From positions 1 to 64,000 of the forward strand of contig CT868043.1 of NCBI GenBank assembly GCA_000165425.1: a stretch of DNA of 64,000 nt, written 5' to 3'. This document shows, one piece after another, positions 25,494 to 40,337 of the stretch. This DNA is from Paramecium tetraurelia (Eukaryota). The position numbers and the translations under genes were made by a program. Positions within the stretch are counted from its first letter, which is position 1. Each line of letters starts with the position of its first letter. The notes under the pieces are model-generated. The model ran no database searches and was not told where the DNA came from. It saw only the letters and a program-made list of their open reading frames with translations.

Positions 25494-26786
25494 ATGTTTA
25501 ATTGTATCATATGTACATAGAGAACGAATTTTATAACAAAATGTGGTTGTCACTTTTGTTTGCTTTGCTTACTCAATTGGTTTGAGGAGAAAAATAAATC
25601 TAAAAAAATAGAAATAATTGACTGCCCTAACCAAGATTGCAGTGATACCTACAATAGAAACGAAATCTTGAGTTATTGTCATAATCCACCTTATGAGAGA
25701 ATTTTTTAAGAAATCTTATTCAAAGAGTATCTAAAGAATGACGATATTCGTCCATGCCCGAGTGTTAAGTGCAAATCTTATGGGTTCATAGAATTAGATA
25801 AAGTATGCGATGAAGAACTTGAGTGTTTAGAATGCGGATTCAAATGGAGGGACTTTAATTAAGCCCCATTCATTTTTAAGAAAGAATACATGATAAAAAA
25901 TATTTTTGGTATCCTTAAGCAATTTGGTTATTGCCTAATAACAGCTAATTAGTGCCCTATCTGTGGAATTTTAATATAGCGTACTGGAGGTTGTAGACAT
26001 ATGACATGTAAGGCTTGTTCTAATCAATTTTGCTGGAATTGTAAGTAGGAATGGAAAAAGCACAAAGAATCCTAGTGTTCATGTTAATATTTAATTACCA
26101 CAGGATTATATCTTACTCTTATAATAAATGTTTTCTATCAACTTGGAATATTAAATTATTTGCTCTACATTTTCAATCTATCGGTTTGGATGTTTGAAAT
26201 TTTTATTATACAAGTCATAATAATTGGAACTTTAGCAGGAATAATTTTCTTCTTTAAATCATTATTTGACCTGAAAAGTAGAAAAAGACCAGTAAGAAGT
26301 GTTCTTAAAGAGTTGGGAGGATCAACTATATTATTGACTATTGAGTATTTGGTGTTATGGTTTTCAACTGTATTTTTTTAAATAACACTTCACAAAGCCT
26401 TCATTGGTTTTTTATTAGAATTCTTAGTTTGCATTTACATGTTCGGTTTCAATGCAAAAGTAAGAGTAGGTTATAAATGTATTTTTTCGATCATAATGGG
26501 TTTATGTTTGGTTGGTATTTTTGGATTAAATGGACTGGCAATATTAATTTGGTTAGTTCGATATATAATTCCAGTGGAATACATTCATACTTAAATTAAT
26601 TTTAGTGCAATTGCTCTTGGTGTGCTGATATTGTTAAACATTTCCAATTTGCTAGAATTGTTGTATTCCAAGTTAGCATATTTTTTATTGGGATCAACAA
26701 TACTTAATTACAAATAGGGTGACAAAGACAATTACTTGGCGTTATTAAGCATTTTAGCAATTTCCTATGTGTATGATATATTGTGA
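25494..26786 (+). CDS. RBR (RING-IBR-RING) E3 ubiquitin ligase with a multi-TM C-terminal tail
   Basis: RING1 CIIC..CGCHFCLLC..CPNQDC; IBR CPSVKC..CLECGFKW; RING2 CPICGILIQRTGGCRHMTCKACSNQFCWNC; followed by several hydrophobic helices. Confidence 0.88.
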
Positions 26787-26837
26787 TAATTATTTGATTA
26801 ATGTTCTTCATTAGTATTTCTTTATATAATAAATTAA

Positions 26838-28158
26838 ATGTAATAAAAATCTTCCACTTATGTTAGATAGGCCCTGACGCAAATTGCTTTTGAAATGGGA
26901 AAGCCCATATCTTTAGTAGAACCATATATTGAGATGTAAATCACTTATCATATATAGACTTGAGGAAAATTGGTATGAGACAAAGGAGTAAATAAAAATG
27001 ATGAAATAGGAAAATTTCGATGAATTTAAGATTCCAAAGAGAATTGGTCAACTATTAATGGAGTTTGTTCAAAGAGCTGATGATATGAAATAAAATTGGC
27101 AATTAGAATTAACAAAAATCATTTCAGAAATCTCAGATTAGGATTAACTTTTTAAAACATTGGAAATAATTTTTAAAATAATTTCCAATGTTATAATGAG
27201 CCCACTAAGTTAGGATAAGCAAAAGATAAATATCTGCTCTAAAACTCTTTAAAATAACATACTGAAATACCCATCTGCATTAAATTATTTAAGTAAATTG
27301 GGTTGGAAGATTGAAGCAGAATTTTTATTGGTCGAATATAAAATGGACAATTAGAATGACTGGAAAGAAGCCGTAGAAGAATTAGTCAACTATACTTAAA
27401 AAAAGTCAGGATTCAATCCACAGAAACCATCAGTTCATACGTCTTCATAAAATGTCTCAATCACTTCAGAATTGGCCAAAAGTGAAGGCTATGATGTTTA
27501 TTCCTTCTCTTAGAAGCTTGAGTAATTACATCAAAGAAGATTTGTAAAATTCTAACTTAGCTATATTAGGAAATTATGAATTAACCCATTACTAATAGAG
27601 AAATCAAAGTGTTTATTGGTAGGAAATAACAATCCCCTGTACAATTGCAATAACAAATTCAAGGATAGGAGGATTATGAAGAAGTCTAACCTTAGAAGGA
27701 CCAATAACTTTTAAAATTTCTTTAATAAGTTGCTTAAGTAATTTAAATGATTAAATCTTGAATAGTCACTTGAAGAATAGCAGTTTGCTTCTAAAAGAAA
27801 GAAGGAATACGAAGAGCTTCTTAATAAACCAATATTCTGCAAAACAGACATTAGAGTCTAATTTCCAAATAGTATGATTGTTCAGGCTATCTTTGGTCCC
27901 CTTGAAACTTTGTAAGCCTTGTATGATTTGATAAAGGATGTAAGAATATCGATATTAAATTAGATGTTAGTAAATAGTAACCTTGAGTTCTATTTGTATA
28001 CTTCCCCTCCTCCTCTGAGAATGACATAGAAGTACTTAAAACAAACTTTTGATGATTTAAGTTCGGTTCCAAATGGGCTATTTTATTTTGGAGTTGAAAA
28101 GCAAACATCTGAATTCTATTTGAAAGAGGAATGGATGAAATAAGCTAAAGAATTATGA
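26838..28158 (+). CDS. PUB + UBX domain p97/Cdc48 cofactor (UBXN6-like)
   Basis: PUB-like TLEIIFKIISNVIMSPTKQDKQKINI; UBX IRVQFPNSMIVQAIFGPLETLQALYDLIK..FYLYTSPP. Confidence 0.8.
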
Positions 28159-28228
28159 TTATTTTAAAAGTCAATGTTAAATAATTTAATTGAATTTTAT
28201 ATAGAATAATTTTATTAGTATTAATATT

Positions 28229-29071
<843 letters not shown>

Positions 29072-29392
29072 TCTTAATAATAAAATAATTGTATTCAATT
29101 TTTCATTAAAAATTGTAAGAATATATAGGCATTCTTTTAAATGAATATCCCTTATAGTCTAATTGCTTTCTATAAATTTGAATAGTTTTCTGTTGTATCT
29201 GAATATTAATCATCAATAAAATGCAGGCTCTTAAGTATCAATAGGGAAAAATTGCTTAAATTTTAAATATATATATCCGAATTGATCACGTATATGGTTT
29301 GTAATTAATAATAAGTTTGAGGGTTTCAAGTTATCCATTGATCCGTTGAAATATGGTTATGAATTATATTAAAAATAAAAATTTAATAGAAA

Positions 29393-30053
29393 ATGATTTA
29401 AGAATAGAAAAACTCTTATAGTTGGGCCAAGTAGAAATAACATAAGGGCAAAAATAGAGATCCATTGATTTGCTCAAATTGCAATTGCAAATAGGAAATA
29501 TCTTCGAAAAGAAAGTTGGAGAAACCTTTTAAGTCAAATACTTCTAAAAATGACATCTTCTCAGATATATATGAGTTTATGGCAGTTACAAGTTGTCCTA
29601 ATTGTGATTCAACATTAGAAATTGAACTCTACGAATATATGGAGTGTAAAAAATGGTTTATATAAGATCTGTTAGGATTGCAACAAATTTGGATACTTGT
29701 ATTACTTTTTAATTCTTTATAATTTCATCATTACATTATACTTGTTAGATATATATACAAAATTTGATGAATTAAAACATTATCTTCTAACAAGCGAAGT
29801 AGAATTTAAAAAATCATTTGCTATTATAGCGATTATTTTATTTTTCATTTTGATTTTTTTATATCTCTCAGAAAAGGATAGGGAATTTCATGAAATGATA
29901 GGATAATGTGTACTAGCGGCAATCATATTTGTAATAGTGATGGGGGGATATTTAATAATTTCATGTATTTTTCACTTACCCAAAGGATCTGATACTGTTG
30001 CTTGGTATGTAGCGAAGGGATTAGTATAAGATTTACTTAATTTTGAGCTTTGA
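29393..30053 (+). CDS. Hypothetical membrane protein with N-terminal Cys pairs and ~3 TM helices; exon structure uncertain
   Basis: CSNCNC and CPNC in the 5' frame; hydrophobic 3' frame ending in TGA at 30051-30053. The junction between the two frames is not resolved. Confidence 0.45.
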
Positions 30054-30148
30054 TCAGTATGTTAAATTTTATTAATCAGGATAAGCTTCAATATATCTGA
30101 TATAAATTATAAATAGTTTTGATAAAAATCACACAATATATAGATATG

Positions 30149-30520
30149 TCATTCCTGAGGTTCTGGTCTTAAAAGCCTTGGAATAAAACCTTTGACTAAT
30201 TCAACTAAGGGTATCTTCCTTCCACCCTTTGGTTCATCATCATCATCAGATTCACTTTCACTTTCTTATAAATCTTTATCGACTTTGGCTTCTTTTTTGT
30301 CCTCCTGCTCTTCGATTTCATCATCTTGATCATAATTGTTGTTGCCTTTTTATTTTGCCAAATCTAACCATTGTTATTACAGTTTTTCTAGATCTTCAAT
30401 TTTGCTAATGGTTTCCATCTGAGTTCTAGACGAATTCTTGGATATTATGGAGCAGATACCTGAACACAGTATGTCTATCTAATTCTCTTGATGATGTTTG
30501 TGGATAACCTAATAAGCATC
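30149..30520 (-). CDS. Small acidic protein (123 aa)
   Basis: Uninterrupted ORF MLIQVIHKHH...LEKLQQQWLDLAKQKGNNNYDQDDEIEEQED...ESESESDDDDE...PQE*. Confidence 0.75.
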
Positions 30521-30625
30521 AATATAATAAAATTAATAATAATACTAATTGACAATGCAATTGTTATTTTAGAATTTTGTGTTATATAATTAGTTGAATG
30601 ATAAAGAAATAACACAAATTTAAAA

Positions 30626-32151
30626 ATGAGATTAATAACAAATACAAATATCATAGTCGATGATTTTGAATTAGCAAAAGATTATAAACTTGATACTTTT
30701 ATCCACTTCCTTTCTCATTTCCATTAGGACCATTGGTAGGGAATGAGTCCTTTATGGAATTATGGCAAAATCTATTGTAGTAAAATTACAAAGCAGTTCA
30801 TATTGAATAAGTTTCCGAAGATAGAGAGGATTGTGGCATTAGAGTTTAATCATATCTATTATTTGAATGTCCTGAGTTAAGAACTTACAGATAAACTTGA
30901 TGATGAGTTTACAATTGAAGTGGTTCTATTTTCAGCAAATCACATTCCTGGTTCTTCCATGTTTTTGTTTCGAGGATACATGGGAACCATTTTGCATACA
31001 GGAGATTTCAGATTCAACAGGAGTATGATTACTGACAATCCCATCTTATTCCCTAACAACGAGGCAATCTAAATTGATGAACTCATATTCGATAATACAT
31101 ATTGTGATCCCATGTTTAACTTTCCAACTGCTGATATCGTAGCCTAACAAATGATTAACATCATCGAGAATAATATCAAAAAAAGAGTATTAATAGCGAT
31201 GGGAGCTTTGGGAAAGGAGGCCATTGTGATGGAGATTTGCAAGTACTTTAAAACTAAGATAATTGTAAATCAAGAGAAGTATAATCAATTAATTGCTAGT
31301 TCAACTAAAAATATTGATTTGTTTACGACAGACAAGAAAGGTAATTGGTATTATGTAAACTTTTAGAATATTTCATAGAGATCATAAAGAGAAGTCACAG
31401 AGAATAAATACTTTAACAATACATTGAATCGGGATAGTAGAATTTTATTTGTATAAATACTGACTTTTTGATGCAAAGTCATAGAGATCCAGATGGCATC
31501 AATTATATGGTGCCATATTCTCTGCATTCAAACTATCTTGAAATGAGAACCTTTGTAAATTCCATCAAACCAGCTATTTTGAAAGTATAGTATTTTGAGT
31601 CATGAAGAAATTAGTCATACCCTATGAGAATTTCGCTGAATACAGGAGAAAAGTGAGAATAAATCCAGTCAAAGGTTTTTAAGGTTATTTAAAGAGATTA
31701 AAAACAAATGGGGAATCTGGTTATTCGACTTTGATCAGAGAATGCACAGATTTTACAAAGATCTCTAAGAATTATACTAATTGGATGACAGAACCAAAAT
31801 TTCGTAAGTTTGTTCTTTGCATATTAAGGTGGTTTGATGGAGAAACTAGGAGTGTAATTGGAGCCTGATAGGAAGAATCGAAAAAGAAAAGTAGATTAAG
31901 TAATGCCCAAGCCGACCATCAAGTAGTGTATTAGAGAGTTGGAGAAGCAGTGTATCTATTCAAAGAAACCAGAGAAAGTAGATTCCTTAGATGACATCTC
32001 AAATAGATTGAAAGCAACCAACAACAATCATTACATTACGAAATTCCTTAAGAAGCCCCAGTAGAGTTAAGAAGTCGAGCGGAGGGATGAAGATGAGGAG
32101 ATTTTTAGTATCATTTAAGAGTATTTACATTTTCATGATGATGATGCGTGA
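30626..32151 (+). CDS. SNM1/Artemis/Apollo-family beta-CASP metallo-beta-lactamase nuclease
   Basis: [61 protein letters not shown] at 32149-32151. Confidence 0.92.
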
Positions 32152-32170
32152 TATAATTAAATTAATTAAG

Positions 32171-33085
32171 ATGAAATTTATTAATCGATGCTTATTTAAG
32201 TTTTCTGCAAATGTTATTAGAGACTAAATCTATGAATTTGATAAGAGTGCTATTAGTTTTAGTGTTAGACTGAATAGCTTAAAGGATTTCAACGATTTTC
32301 AAAAGTTAAGAGACTTAAAAATACATCGAATTATCTATAATCTGAATGATTAAGCAGAACTAATGGACTTTTTGGCTGAGCATAATGATGTATGTATAAA
32401 GAAGATATTTGATCCGTCCTTTTTTATATGTAAGTTTAAGAATAAATGAAAATCTTAGTTCGTGGTGTTAGTGTAAACATTCCTACAATTCTGAGGGATG
32501 GTCAATTTAGAAAATTGGAATAAAAAGCATTATTGTAGATTTGTTAACATCTATTTAAATTGAAAACCGATCAAAACAAGACTCAATTCTAGGTGTTTAT
32601 GGTATTAATAATTAATTTATTTTTATGCATTAAAACATGATGGAAATATAGGTAAAGAGGAAGAGTTTCTGAGTCTAGTGAAAGAGGAGTTGGATGATTT
32701 ACAAAGCGTGATAGAGAATTCATTCAATTTCGAAGTTAATCATGTACTTAGTTATAATCCAAAATTCACTTATGATTTATTATTTAAATTGGCAAACCAA
32801 CAGAAAACATTAAAAAGTGTCAACTTTAATATTTACAGATATGCAAATCCTCAATAGAGCGAACTTGATTAAAATAGAGAAATATTGGCCACTCTCTATT
32901 AACATGTTAATGAACAATACAACACCATATTTTTGAAAAACTTCTTGTTCGAAGATCAATATGTCAAACAATAGAATTTATCTTAAGGCATAGTCAGTTA
33001 TTCACATGTAATAATTTGAGAATTATAAATTGTAGTTGGTGGACATGTTGAAATTGATGCATTTCAGAGGTTCTTTGGTTTTTGA
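32171..33085 (+). CDS. Hypothetical protein, probably mitochondrion-targeted
   Basis: Begins MKFINRCLFKFSANV (presequence-like), is open in the ciliate code with short introns, and ends DAFQRFFGF*. Confidence 0.6.
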
Positions 33086-33263
33086 ATATAATAAGAATTT
33101 GGAGAGGAATGTCGAATTTATTGATCAATTGTTGTAATCAAGTAAATACATTTTGTGTGACAAACATAAATTGGGAGAAGAGCATGAGTCTCACATTGTG
33201 GATGGAGATACAATGCCACCTATCGATGTTTGAGTTATATTTAGATATATATATATATATAAT

Positions 33264-34153
33264 TCATTTATGGTTGATTAGAAATCCAACTTGAAACTGT
33301 TCTAACAAATAATGAGCATTGACCCAAGGATGATTTTACATGAATAAGGCAGTGCCATCAGTTCCTACACCCTTCATTAGTTCTTCTTTGCCTCCAGGAT
33401 GTTTATTCAAGTATTTAGTAACATCATACACTTTGGAGTTGATGACAATCCATGCTGAATTAATGGTGTTATGTTTGGCCACCTACTCTCATTCGCATAG
33501 TCATACCTCGTCAATTGTACATTACTTTAAATCATTTTTCTTGCTACTATCGCTTAGAGATTTCCTTTGGATCCAACTAGGGGAGACACTATTCTTAGGA
33601 GAATACCCGAATTTCGGAGATTCAGGTTGGTCTTGAAATTGAATAGGCGAGGGCACTTCATTCTTCAAAGAGTTGCGTTTTTTTGGCTGGATAACCATTT
33701 CGTCGAAAATGCCTACTAAGGTGTCTACATATTTTTTATTCGCCTTTTTGATATCCTCAAGTCTGTAATTCACAGTCTCCACTTTGCATGTCTCCTTATA
33801 TTTCTACAATAGAATGGTGTCATTTTTAATGGAGTATATGTTACGATTTCCCCTGACTTCATTCTTAGCTTATTGCACTTAATACCTTGGCCAAAGTCTT
33901 CACATCGTGTCTCTACGGTATTGTGATGAAAGTGTGAGGTCTCTTGAATTCCACTATCTGGTCGATCTCGTAGTATTGATTCTCTTGGTCTCTCAATGTC
34001 AGGAGATCAGTGTGATACTGTTGCTTGAGGTCATTGAGAATGAAGGTCACGACCTCATCAAGAGTCTCGATTTCAACTTCGTCGCCCATCCAACTCCAGA
34101 GTATCCTGTCTGTCTTCAATGTATAAATTGATTACTTCCTTATTATTTTTCAT
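33264..34153 (-). CDS. Protein with a C-terminal cytochrome b5 heme-binding domain
   Basis: SAWIVINSKVYDVTKYLNKHPGGKEELMKGVGTDGTALFMQNHPWVNAHYLLEQFQVG; 22-nt intron after MKNNKE. Confidence 0.85.
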
Positions 34154-34170
34154 ATAATTATTAAAATCTC

Positions 34171-34717
34171 ATGGGTTGTACTAATGCCAAAGTTGACGAA
34201 CCCTTAAGCGAGAAACTAAGAGCCAAAGCCATTGAGATCTTCAAAAAACTAGACATCAAAGGCAATGGAACCATAGACAAATAAGGAACCGAACAGTTCT
34301 GGTATTGCCCTCATTTAAACACTTAGGAAGTCTAACTTTGCTAAACTTAATACTGAAGCACTCTTTGAGGCAGTAGATTTCGATAAGAGTGGAGATATCA
34401 CTGAAGATGAATGGATGGCTTTTTGGGAAATTGTTAAACAAAATGGTTATTCAGAAGAAGAAATCAATATTGAAGTATTCGCACTTATATGCTATTCCTA
34501 GTTGGATGAGTTATTGGAGGGTAAGGCATGGGTCTAATTCAAAAGAGTGGATAGATTCATTAAAATCGATGAGAAAAGAAGAGGATCCAGAGTTAAATCA
34601 ATTGTTCAAGAGGAAAAAAGAAAGCTTTCAATCATCCAATCAGCCAGATTGCACAAAAGTAAAACTATGCAGAGTGAAGGCCAGGATTTACTATAAGAGC
34701 AATAAGAATAATCTTGA
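34171..34717 (+). CDS. Small EF-hand Ca2+-binding protein with an MGC N-terminus (likely myristoylated/palmitoylated)
   Basis: MGCTNAK; EF loops DIKGNGTIDKQG and DFDKSGDITEDE; two introns of 25 and 27 nt. Confidence 0.88.
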
Positions 34718-34861
34718 TTATATTAATAATAACCATTAGATTTTATTATAAACAGTGATTTATTTATCATCCCATTCTAATGCAAATGAAGGGTGAAATA
34801 AATTTATATTTTTTTTAACAATACTTCATAATTAATTGATATTTTTTATCAAATTACAAAA

Positions 34862-37800
34862 ATGTCAAACAAAAATTAATTCCCATTAAATGGTTTATAT
34901 CCTGGTTTGAATCAGATTCGAAACTTCATTCGACTGAAGATACTTTCAAATTATTTCTAAAGTTCTATAAATTTAAACAATCTATTTAATGATATGTTGA
35001 AAAAATTCTTAAACATGACCTCCTAACCAAAATTCGTTTCGAAACAATTACACATAGATGGTAGTGTTATTATATATTATATATAAATATATGAATTATC
35101 CAAAATATATAGGCGAAGCATCCGAATTTGATCCTCTGTAGAAACCGCCTAAATTACAGTATGCTCTATAACATCAAGTAATTTTGGCACTAATTTATAT
35201 TAGTTAGCCACTAGTTGTGGTTAGAATGGGAAAAATTCTGATTACTGTCAGTGTTGCGGACTTTGCATTAATAACATGCCACTTCCTTTAAATATTGAAA
35301 TCTTAAATTTAGCATTTTTAGGATAAGGTGTTCCATTATTTTTCAATCTCATGATACTAGTTATTCTACTGCACTTTGTGTTGTTCTTTATTTTCACGGT
35401 TCCTAACGTTTCTCAAAATTATGTTGCAAATAATTGCTTATTAGACACTAATTATGCATATAAGTTTTGGAAATAGAACGGATGTGAAGGGAATTGTCCG
35501 TTGAAACATGAGGATTATTAATATTTTGAGAATTTCTTTTTAGATTGTAAAACTATCTGCTAACATTACTCCGATGTTTGCATGCAATCTCAAACTACTA
35601 GAATATCATACGTTAATAAGTAACTCGAAGGGGAGAGCAAATTAATCTAGTCCTCCTTGATTCTCTGTTCAGTAATAATTATCAAGATTTTGATGGTCCT
35701 CATTCGCGAGAAGTAACGTAAGATAGAATATGCAATCGATAAGGAATTGCTGTCGCCTTCTGATTTCACAGCCATATTGAACAATTTACCTAAGAATCAT
35801 TATAATGAGAAGGAATTAAAAACAGCCCTGGAAGAATATTGCAAGGAATTCGATCCCAGAAACAATTATGAAGTAGTCAAGATCAACATCGCTTACGACA
35901 TAGTTTAATTTGTGGATAAAGGCAGACAAAAGATATAATTAGAAAAATAACTTGAAAGCTCGACCTGTCCCAACAAAGAGAAATTACTAAAATAAATAAA
36001 TGAAATTTCAAACTAATAACAAATAATAGAAGTCGAAATAGAAAATGGCTCGTATAATAAAACCACTCCCATAGCCTTCATCACTTTTCAGACAAAAAAA
36101 TGTTTTAATATTTATATATAATTAAATAGAACTCCAAAATTTACTAGAGTAGACCAAACTCTCCTACTGGGAAGCATTTATGATGGCCATAAAATCGATT
36201 ATCAAAAAGAAAGACAGGAGGGGATTCTACTTCAAACAACATTACATTGAAATCTCTAGAGCACCAGAACCAGACGATGTATTTTGGGAGAACTGTGGTA
36301 CAGACGAGAATACTTAACTTAAGAGAAGGATTTTATCATGGTTTGTAATAGTGTTCTTATTGGCGCTATCGCTTTGTACACTATATGGCTTGAATGTTTT
36401 TTAGGTACGATTTAATACTCAAGTAGAATCACTTTTTCTCTAAGTCGGAAAGCAATCAATTTCTGATGAAAACTATGGCTTCCTTATCAAAATCACTTAT
36501 TATTACACTAGTGGATGGACTCATCTATTATTTCATTACCTTATTGGCCAATTAAGAAAGACATGTTACTAAAACTCAGTAAGATACTTCTGTGGCTGAA
36601 AAGTTAAGTTACGTTTAGTTTATCAATTCTTGTTTGCTACTTATCATTATGAATGTGATAGGAACTTACTATGAATATTCTAAATAAGATGAATAACTAT
36701 TTAACTTTGCTGTTTAATAACAGGGAGGTATCGTTGATGATATCCTCTATGTATCTGCTGCAAATGCTATTCTAGTTCCATTATCAGCCTATTTCAATTT
36801 GTTATATATTGTTCAGAAATTTAAATAAATGAGAATTGAAAAAAATACTAATCTGAATTAGATTGAAGCCAACAAATTATTTGAAGGACCTTCAGTGTAA
36901 TTTTATGACTAATATTCATACTTGTGCAAAACGACTTGGCTAACTCTGTTCTTTGCTCCTCTAATCCCTATCTCAATTTTATTTGGGTTGATTGGATTAA
37001 TATTATATTACTGGATACAAAAGTATTTACTGCTCCGAAGGAATCGCAAACCTCCCTTTCAAAGCAGTCATCTTGATAGAGAAATGCTCAATCTGTTGGA
37101 CTTAAGTCCTCTTCTCTTGAGTACAATGTAATTCCTGATTGATTACTCATTTCATTCGAGTTAGTTGTGTCAAACAATAAATGTTGCTTCTTTGGCAATT
37201 TCTGGCTTAGAATTAATAATCCCTTCATGCAGGATACACAGGATCTTATATAAAGATGTTTATGAGGAGGAGGTGTAGGTTCGATACGAGGAGATATATT
37301 CTAAACTGCCCACTGATTATGACAGAACCAACCCTTTGACTCAATAAGTAGCGATGCAAGAATTTGTGAAGAACAAATTGAGGCGCAACACAGGTCCATT
37401 ACTGTTGGAGCTCTCTTAGAATTTGAATGTCAATAAGCCTAAGAGAAATAGGGCTTTGCAAGATTTAATTTATAAAGGCATCTGTGATCCAAAGAAAATT
37501 AGAATGAAAATATTGAAATAGAAATTACAATTGATTGTTAAAATGAGGCAAATTAGAAACCTCAAAAATCCGATTGGTTTGGAAATGTCTTTTTAAGAGA
37601 ATTAAGTTGTTTTTGATAAGTTTGAATCGAAGCAATCCAGCGAATTGAATTCACCAACTTATTTAAAAACTCCAGAATACAATTTTTCATCTATTATCAA
37701 CTTCCAACCTTAAACTGTTTCCTATCAATAACAAATTGAAATGTTAGACATGACTTCCACAGCCTCTCAAAATAAAAGTGCATATCTAGATACACCAAAA

Positions 37801-37869
37801 TATTATTTTAATTCTAAAAACAATTTATTATTTAAAAGTATCAAAAAATGTAAAAATTCTTAAGTTTGA
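34862..37869 (+). CDS. OSCA/CSC1 (TMEM63)-like mechanosensitive membrane channel
   Basis: IAFITFQT, ISRAPEPDDVFWEN, and TWLTLFFAPLIPISILFGLIGLILYYWIQKYLLLRR; multiple TM segments. Confidence 0.8.
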
Positions 37870-38178
37870 ATTAGTTAATTCGTTTATATTAATAATTAAT
37901 TTTAATTTTTTATTATATTTTTCATGCTAATCTGCGTCTCATCCACATTTCATACAATAAATTGAATATAACTCCAATTATCCTCATAGTTAAAGGAGAA
38001 TAACATATTTAGTTAAATAAGTGATGGATGTTATTTCTGAGATAGCATTCAGGAGATCCGTAGTAGTGCTGGACGTTTCAAAATAGGAGTGTCGAGATGC
38101 ATAATTGAGTGAAGGGTTTAAGTTATTACGTTTGATCATAAACTAGAATGCTTAAGGAATATTTATATTATTAATTTA

Positions 38179-40337
38179 ATGTTCCTATTTTTATTATTAT
38201 ATTTGATAGAGAGTAGGCAGATTGAGAGCTGCAAGCAAAACATGGACTCCTTTCAGATTAAAGGTTTGAAAATGCACCTTCATAAGTGTAGGGATTCATT
38301 TTTGTGTGAGTGACCATCATTAAGCTAGGGAGGCTCGAAATTAGGTTTTGTAGGATTCTGTGAGTTAGAACAGGGTCAAAGCAATAGTGCAAGAGATTGA
38401 AGGTCTAGAGAACCAGAATCCATTTTGGTATTAAGACCTAGCAATATATTTGAACATCGATGAAATTCATATCACAGGGGGTTTGATTGATCATTCATAA
38501 AATGTAACATAAACATGTCTAAACTTTCTAGGCTAGCATTGTGAACCAGTAAATACGGATTACCAAACATGTTTACTTTAAGAATCTGATAAACAAAGAA
38601 CTCATGATAACGAATATATTCACTTCTTCTCCACTTTTAAAAGTAGATTTCGAAAAAATCGTTTTACCATCCAATTCTACCACTCAGAAAACTAGAGTTT
38701 GCACTTTGATTTACGAACAGTCACTCTCAGAAATTCGATCAAAAACATTTGAAATTTGGTTGGCAATAGAAATAGCATACTTTTTAAGAGTGCCAATAAA
38801 GTTGATCATCTACGATAAACACCTTATGTGTTAAACAAAGTAATTAGGTCAATGCAGTATCTAAGGATAGCACTAAACAATTGAATTTAACAACTTAGGT
38901 ATTTATTAACAATACACAAAAATATTCTCTTTTTATAATCCAAACCCAGTCAAAATTGATGTGTCTTATAAATAGAATGAAAAGAAAAGAAATCAAATAA
39001 GAGTGTTATTAAATAATCGAAATGATATCAAATCAGCCTCAAAACGTAAATTTTCATTTGAGTTACTACCCTATACAAGAATTGAATTGAAGGTCATCAT
39101 AAACACCAATTACTATGAAATAATGGCCAACAGCAAGTTAACTTTTAGAACTCAATATGAAATCATAGAAGTAGATGTGACTTATTCAGTACAACGGGGA
39201 TCTGTGAATTATTATCCTTCTGTAATTACATTAGATCCAGGATTGACTGCAAAAGTCTAGTCAATAGACATTTATGTGAGAAACACCTTTAATCAACAAA
39301 TTCAATTGCTACAAGTTGAGAACCAATAAATAAAACACCAAAATATATCTTTACTTACAATGGCAACCAACATTGCTACGAATTCTAGATCAGATATTCT
39401 TCATGTGGATTACATGGGTAAACAGAATTTCTACTCCGATTCTAAATACCACAAGTAGTAAGCCAAAGAATTATTGAACTCCTTTGGACGAAACAAAGTG
39501 AAGATCCAAACAGATGTTCTACAAGATTCTGAGATTCTTATCAATTACAGATCCAATTAAAAATTTAATGAATAAATCCTAAAGAAGATCATTAAACAAG
39601 ATCCAAAGATACTGATCTCTTAATAAACAGTAGTTATATCACAATAGCCAAACATTTTCATTATAATAATCTCAATCCTCAATATGATGTATATAGCCTC
39701 TTTGTTAAGAAACAATGTGAAGAAATCGAGGGAACTCAAGATTTCCATTGAAGGGAACTTGTTGTAAGAGTAGATAGATTTTTAATCAATATTCAAGATT
39801 CAGGAACCTATTCAATTGCAAAGTAAATCAGAAACAAACGATGTGGTTTCGGACAAAGCAGATGAGATACAGGATATAATGATGGCTGAGGAAATGATAA
39901 GTAGAGAAAGCAACAATATCATTTACACCAATTTACAATCACAAATTGACGAGAGTTCATCTCACTTCAGTCAAGGGGAGAGTCTCGACGAGGATTAGAT
40001 TTCGGAGTATCAGGAGAAAGTAGTGGAGTAGAGAAAGGTTTCAAATCAAAAGAATTTCAATTTATTCCAGCGGGTGGAATTCACCATTCCAACTTAAATC
40101 AGTATGAACACTCAATCTTCTCAGGAATGTTGGGATACCAAGGATCCAATATTTTTGCCTTAGGATTCTGACGAAGAAATGTTAGACAAGAATAGTGTTC
40201 AAAGGTTGGAATCTATGCGGAATCAGATTCATCATAAGTTACCTCAATTTGAACAAAGTACACTTAAATTGCCTATGAAATGGAATGAAAATAATTTAAT
40301 AAACCCATACTTTCCAAAACCTCCTCCAGGAATTTGA
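38179..40337 (+). CDS. Hypothetical single-pass membrane protein with signal peptide
   Basis: Hydrophobic N-terminus MFLFLLLYL, beta-rich ectodomain, TM segment near 39650-39710, acidic Ser-rich tail ending PKPPPGI*. Confidence 0.6.

Noticed and set aside
37920..38160. Possible box C/D snoRNA in the spacer after the OSCA gene
   Set aside because: No canonical RUGAUGA box with a terminal stem was found; the evidence is insufficient.
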